From Candidatus Altiarchaeota archaeon (GTDB lineage Archaea > Altiarchaeota > Altiarchaeia > IMC4 > SCGC-AAA252-I15), in the NCBI GenBank assembly GCA_043800705.1, contig JAZDMS010000036.1, forward strand, positions 1 to 45,227: a stretch of DNA of 45,227 bases, written 5' to 3'. The notes under the pieces are model-generated. The model saw only the letters and a program-made list of their open reading frames with translations, had not been told where the DNA came from and ran no database searches. Position numbers and translations under genes: made by a program. Numbering within the stretch: the first letter of the stretch is position 1; the number at the start of each line of letters is the position of its first letter. Shown in pieces: positions 45,192 through 45,227 of the stretch.

Positions 45192-45227
45192 CATAATCAC
45201 GATATGAATGCCATCCCTGGCAGGATA

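Overview
Chromosomal fragment from a GC-rich archaeon. Archaeal markers: aIF-5A with GKHG, isopentenyl phosphate kinase, a RAD55/KaiC-like ATPase, tRNA-Ser(GGA) with a BHB intron at 37/38, and TTTAA/TTTAT boxes about 25 nt before many start codons. The Cys-repeat lipoproteins and orphan style suggest DPANN, possibly Altiarchaeota; this is inference only. The left arm (1-19 kb) is mostly housekeeping: dCMP deaminase, asd, PHP, IPK, proB, Ca/cation antiporter, prs, DUF192, spermidine-synthase fusion, pcm, dapB, purE, FMN reductase, uvrC. Immediately after the tRNA-Ser come hairpin repeats built from the tRNA 3' end, a tandem HicB-like ORF and a 3271-aa giant protein. The giant protein is the main discovery candidate. 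It reads as a string of effector-like modules joined by low-complexity linkers that share a PxR(M/A)P(S/T) motif: a caspase-fold His/Cys protease, two HExxH metallopeptidases, a ParB/Srx-like DGNxR domain, a possible HicA-like RNase, HEAT repeats, a glycine-zipper membrane region and several repeat families. That suggests a polyvalent or MARTX-like multi-effector with a possible adjacent antitoxin. The right arm holds Lrp + aminotransferase, aIF-5A, bPH-domain membrane proteins, a three-gene membrane cassette, an Ig-like surface protein, a Fic gene bracketed by five copies of an 11-bp motif next to a tRNA 3' fragment, hemerythrin, DUF3592 and a GC-rich structured element. Three pseudogenes (HAD, SAM methyltransferase, BCP peroxiredoxin) were reconstructed by hand because the ORF track does not show them intact. 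All domain calls come from reading motifs by eye; no searches were run.
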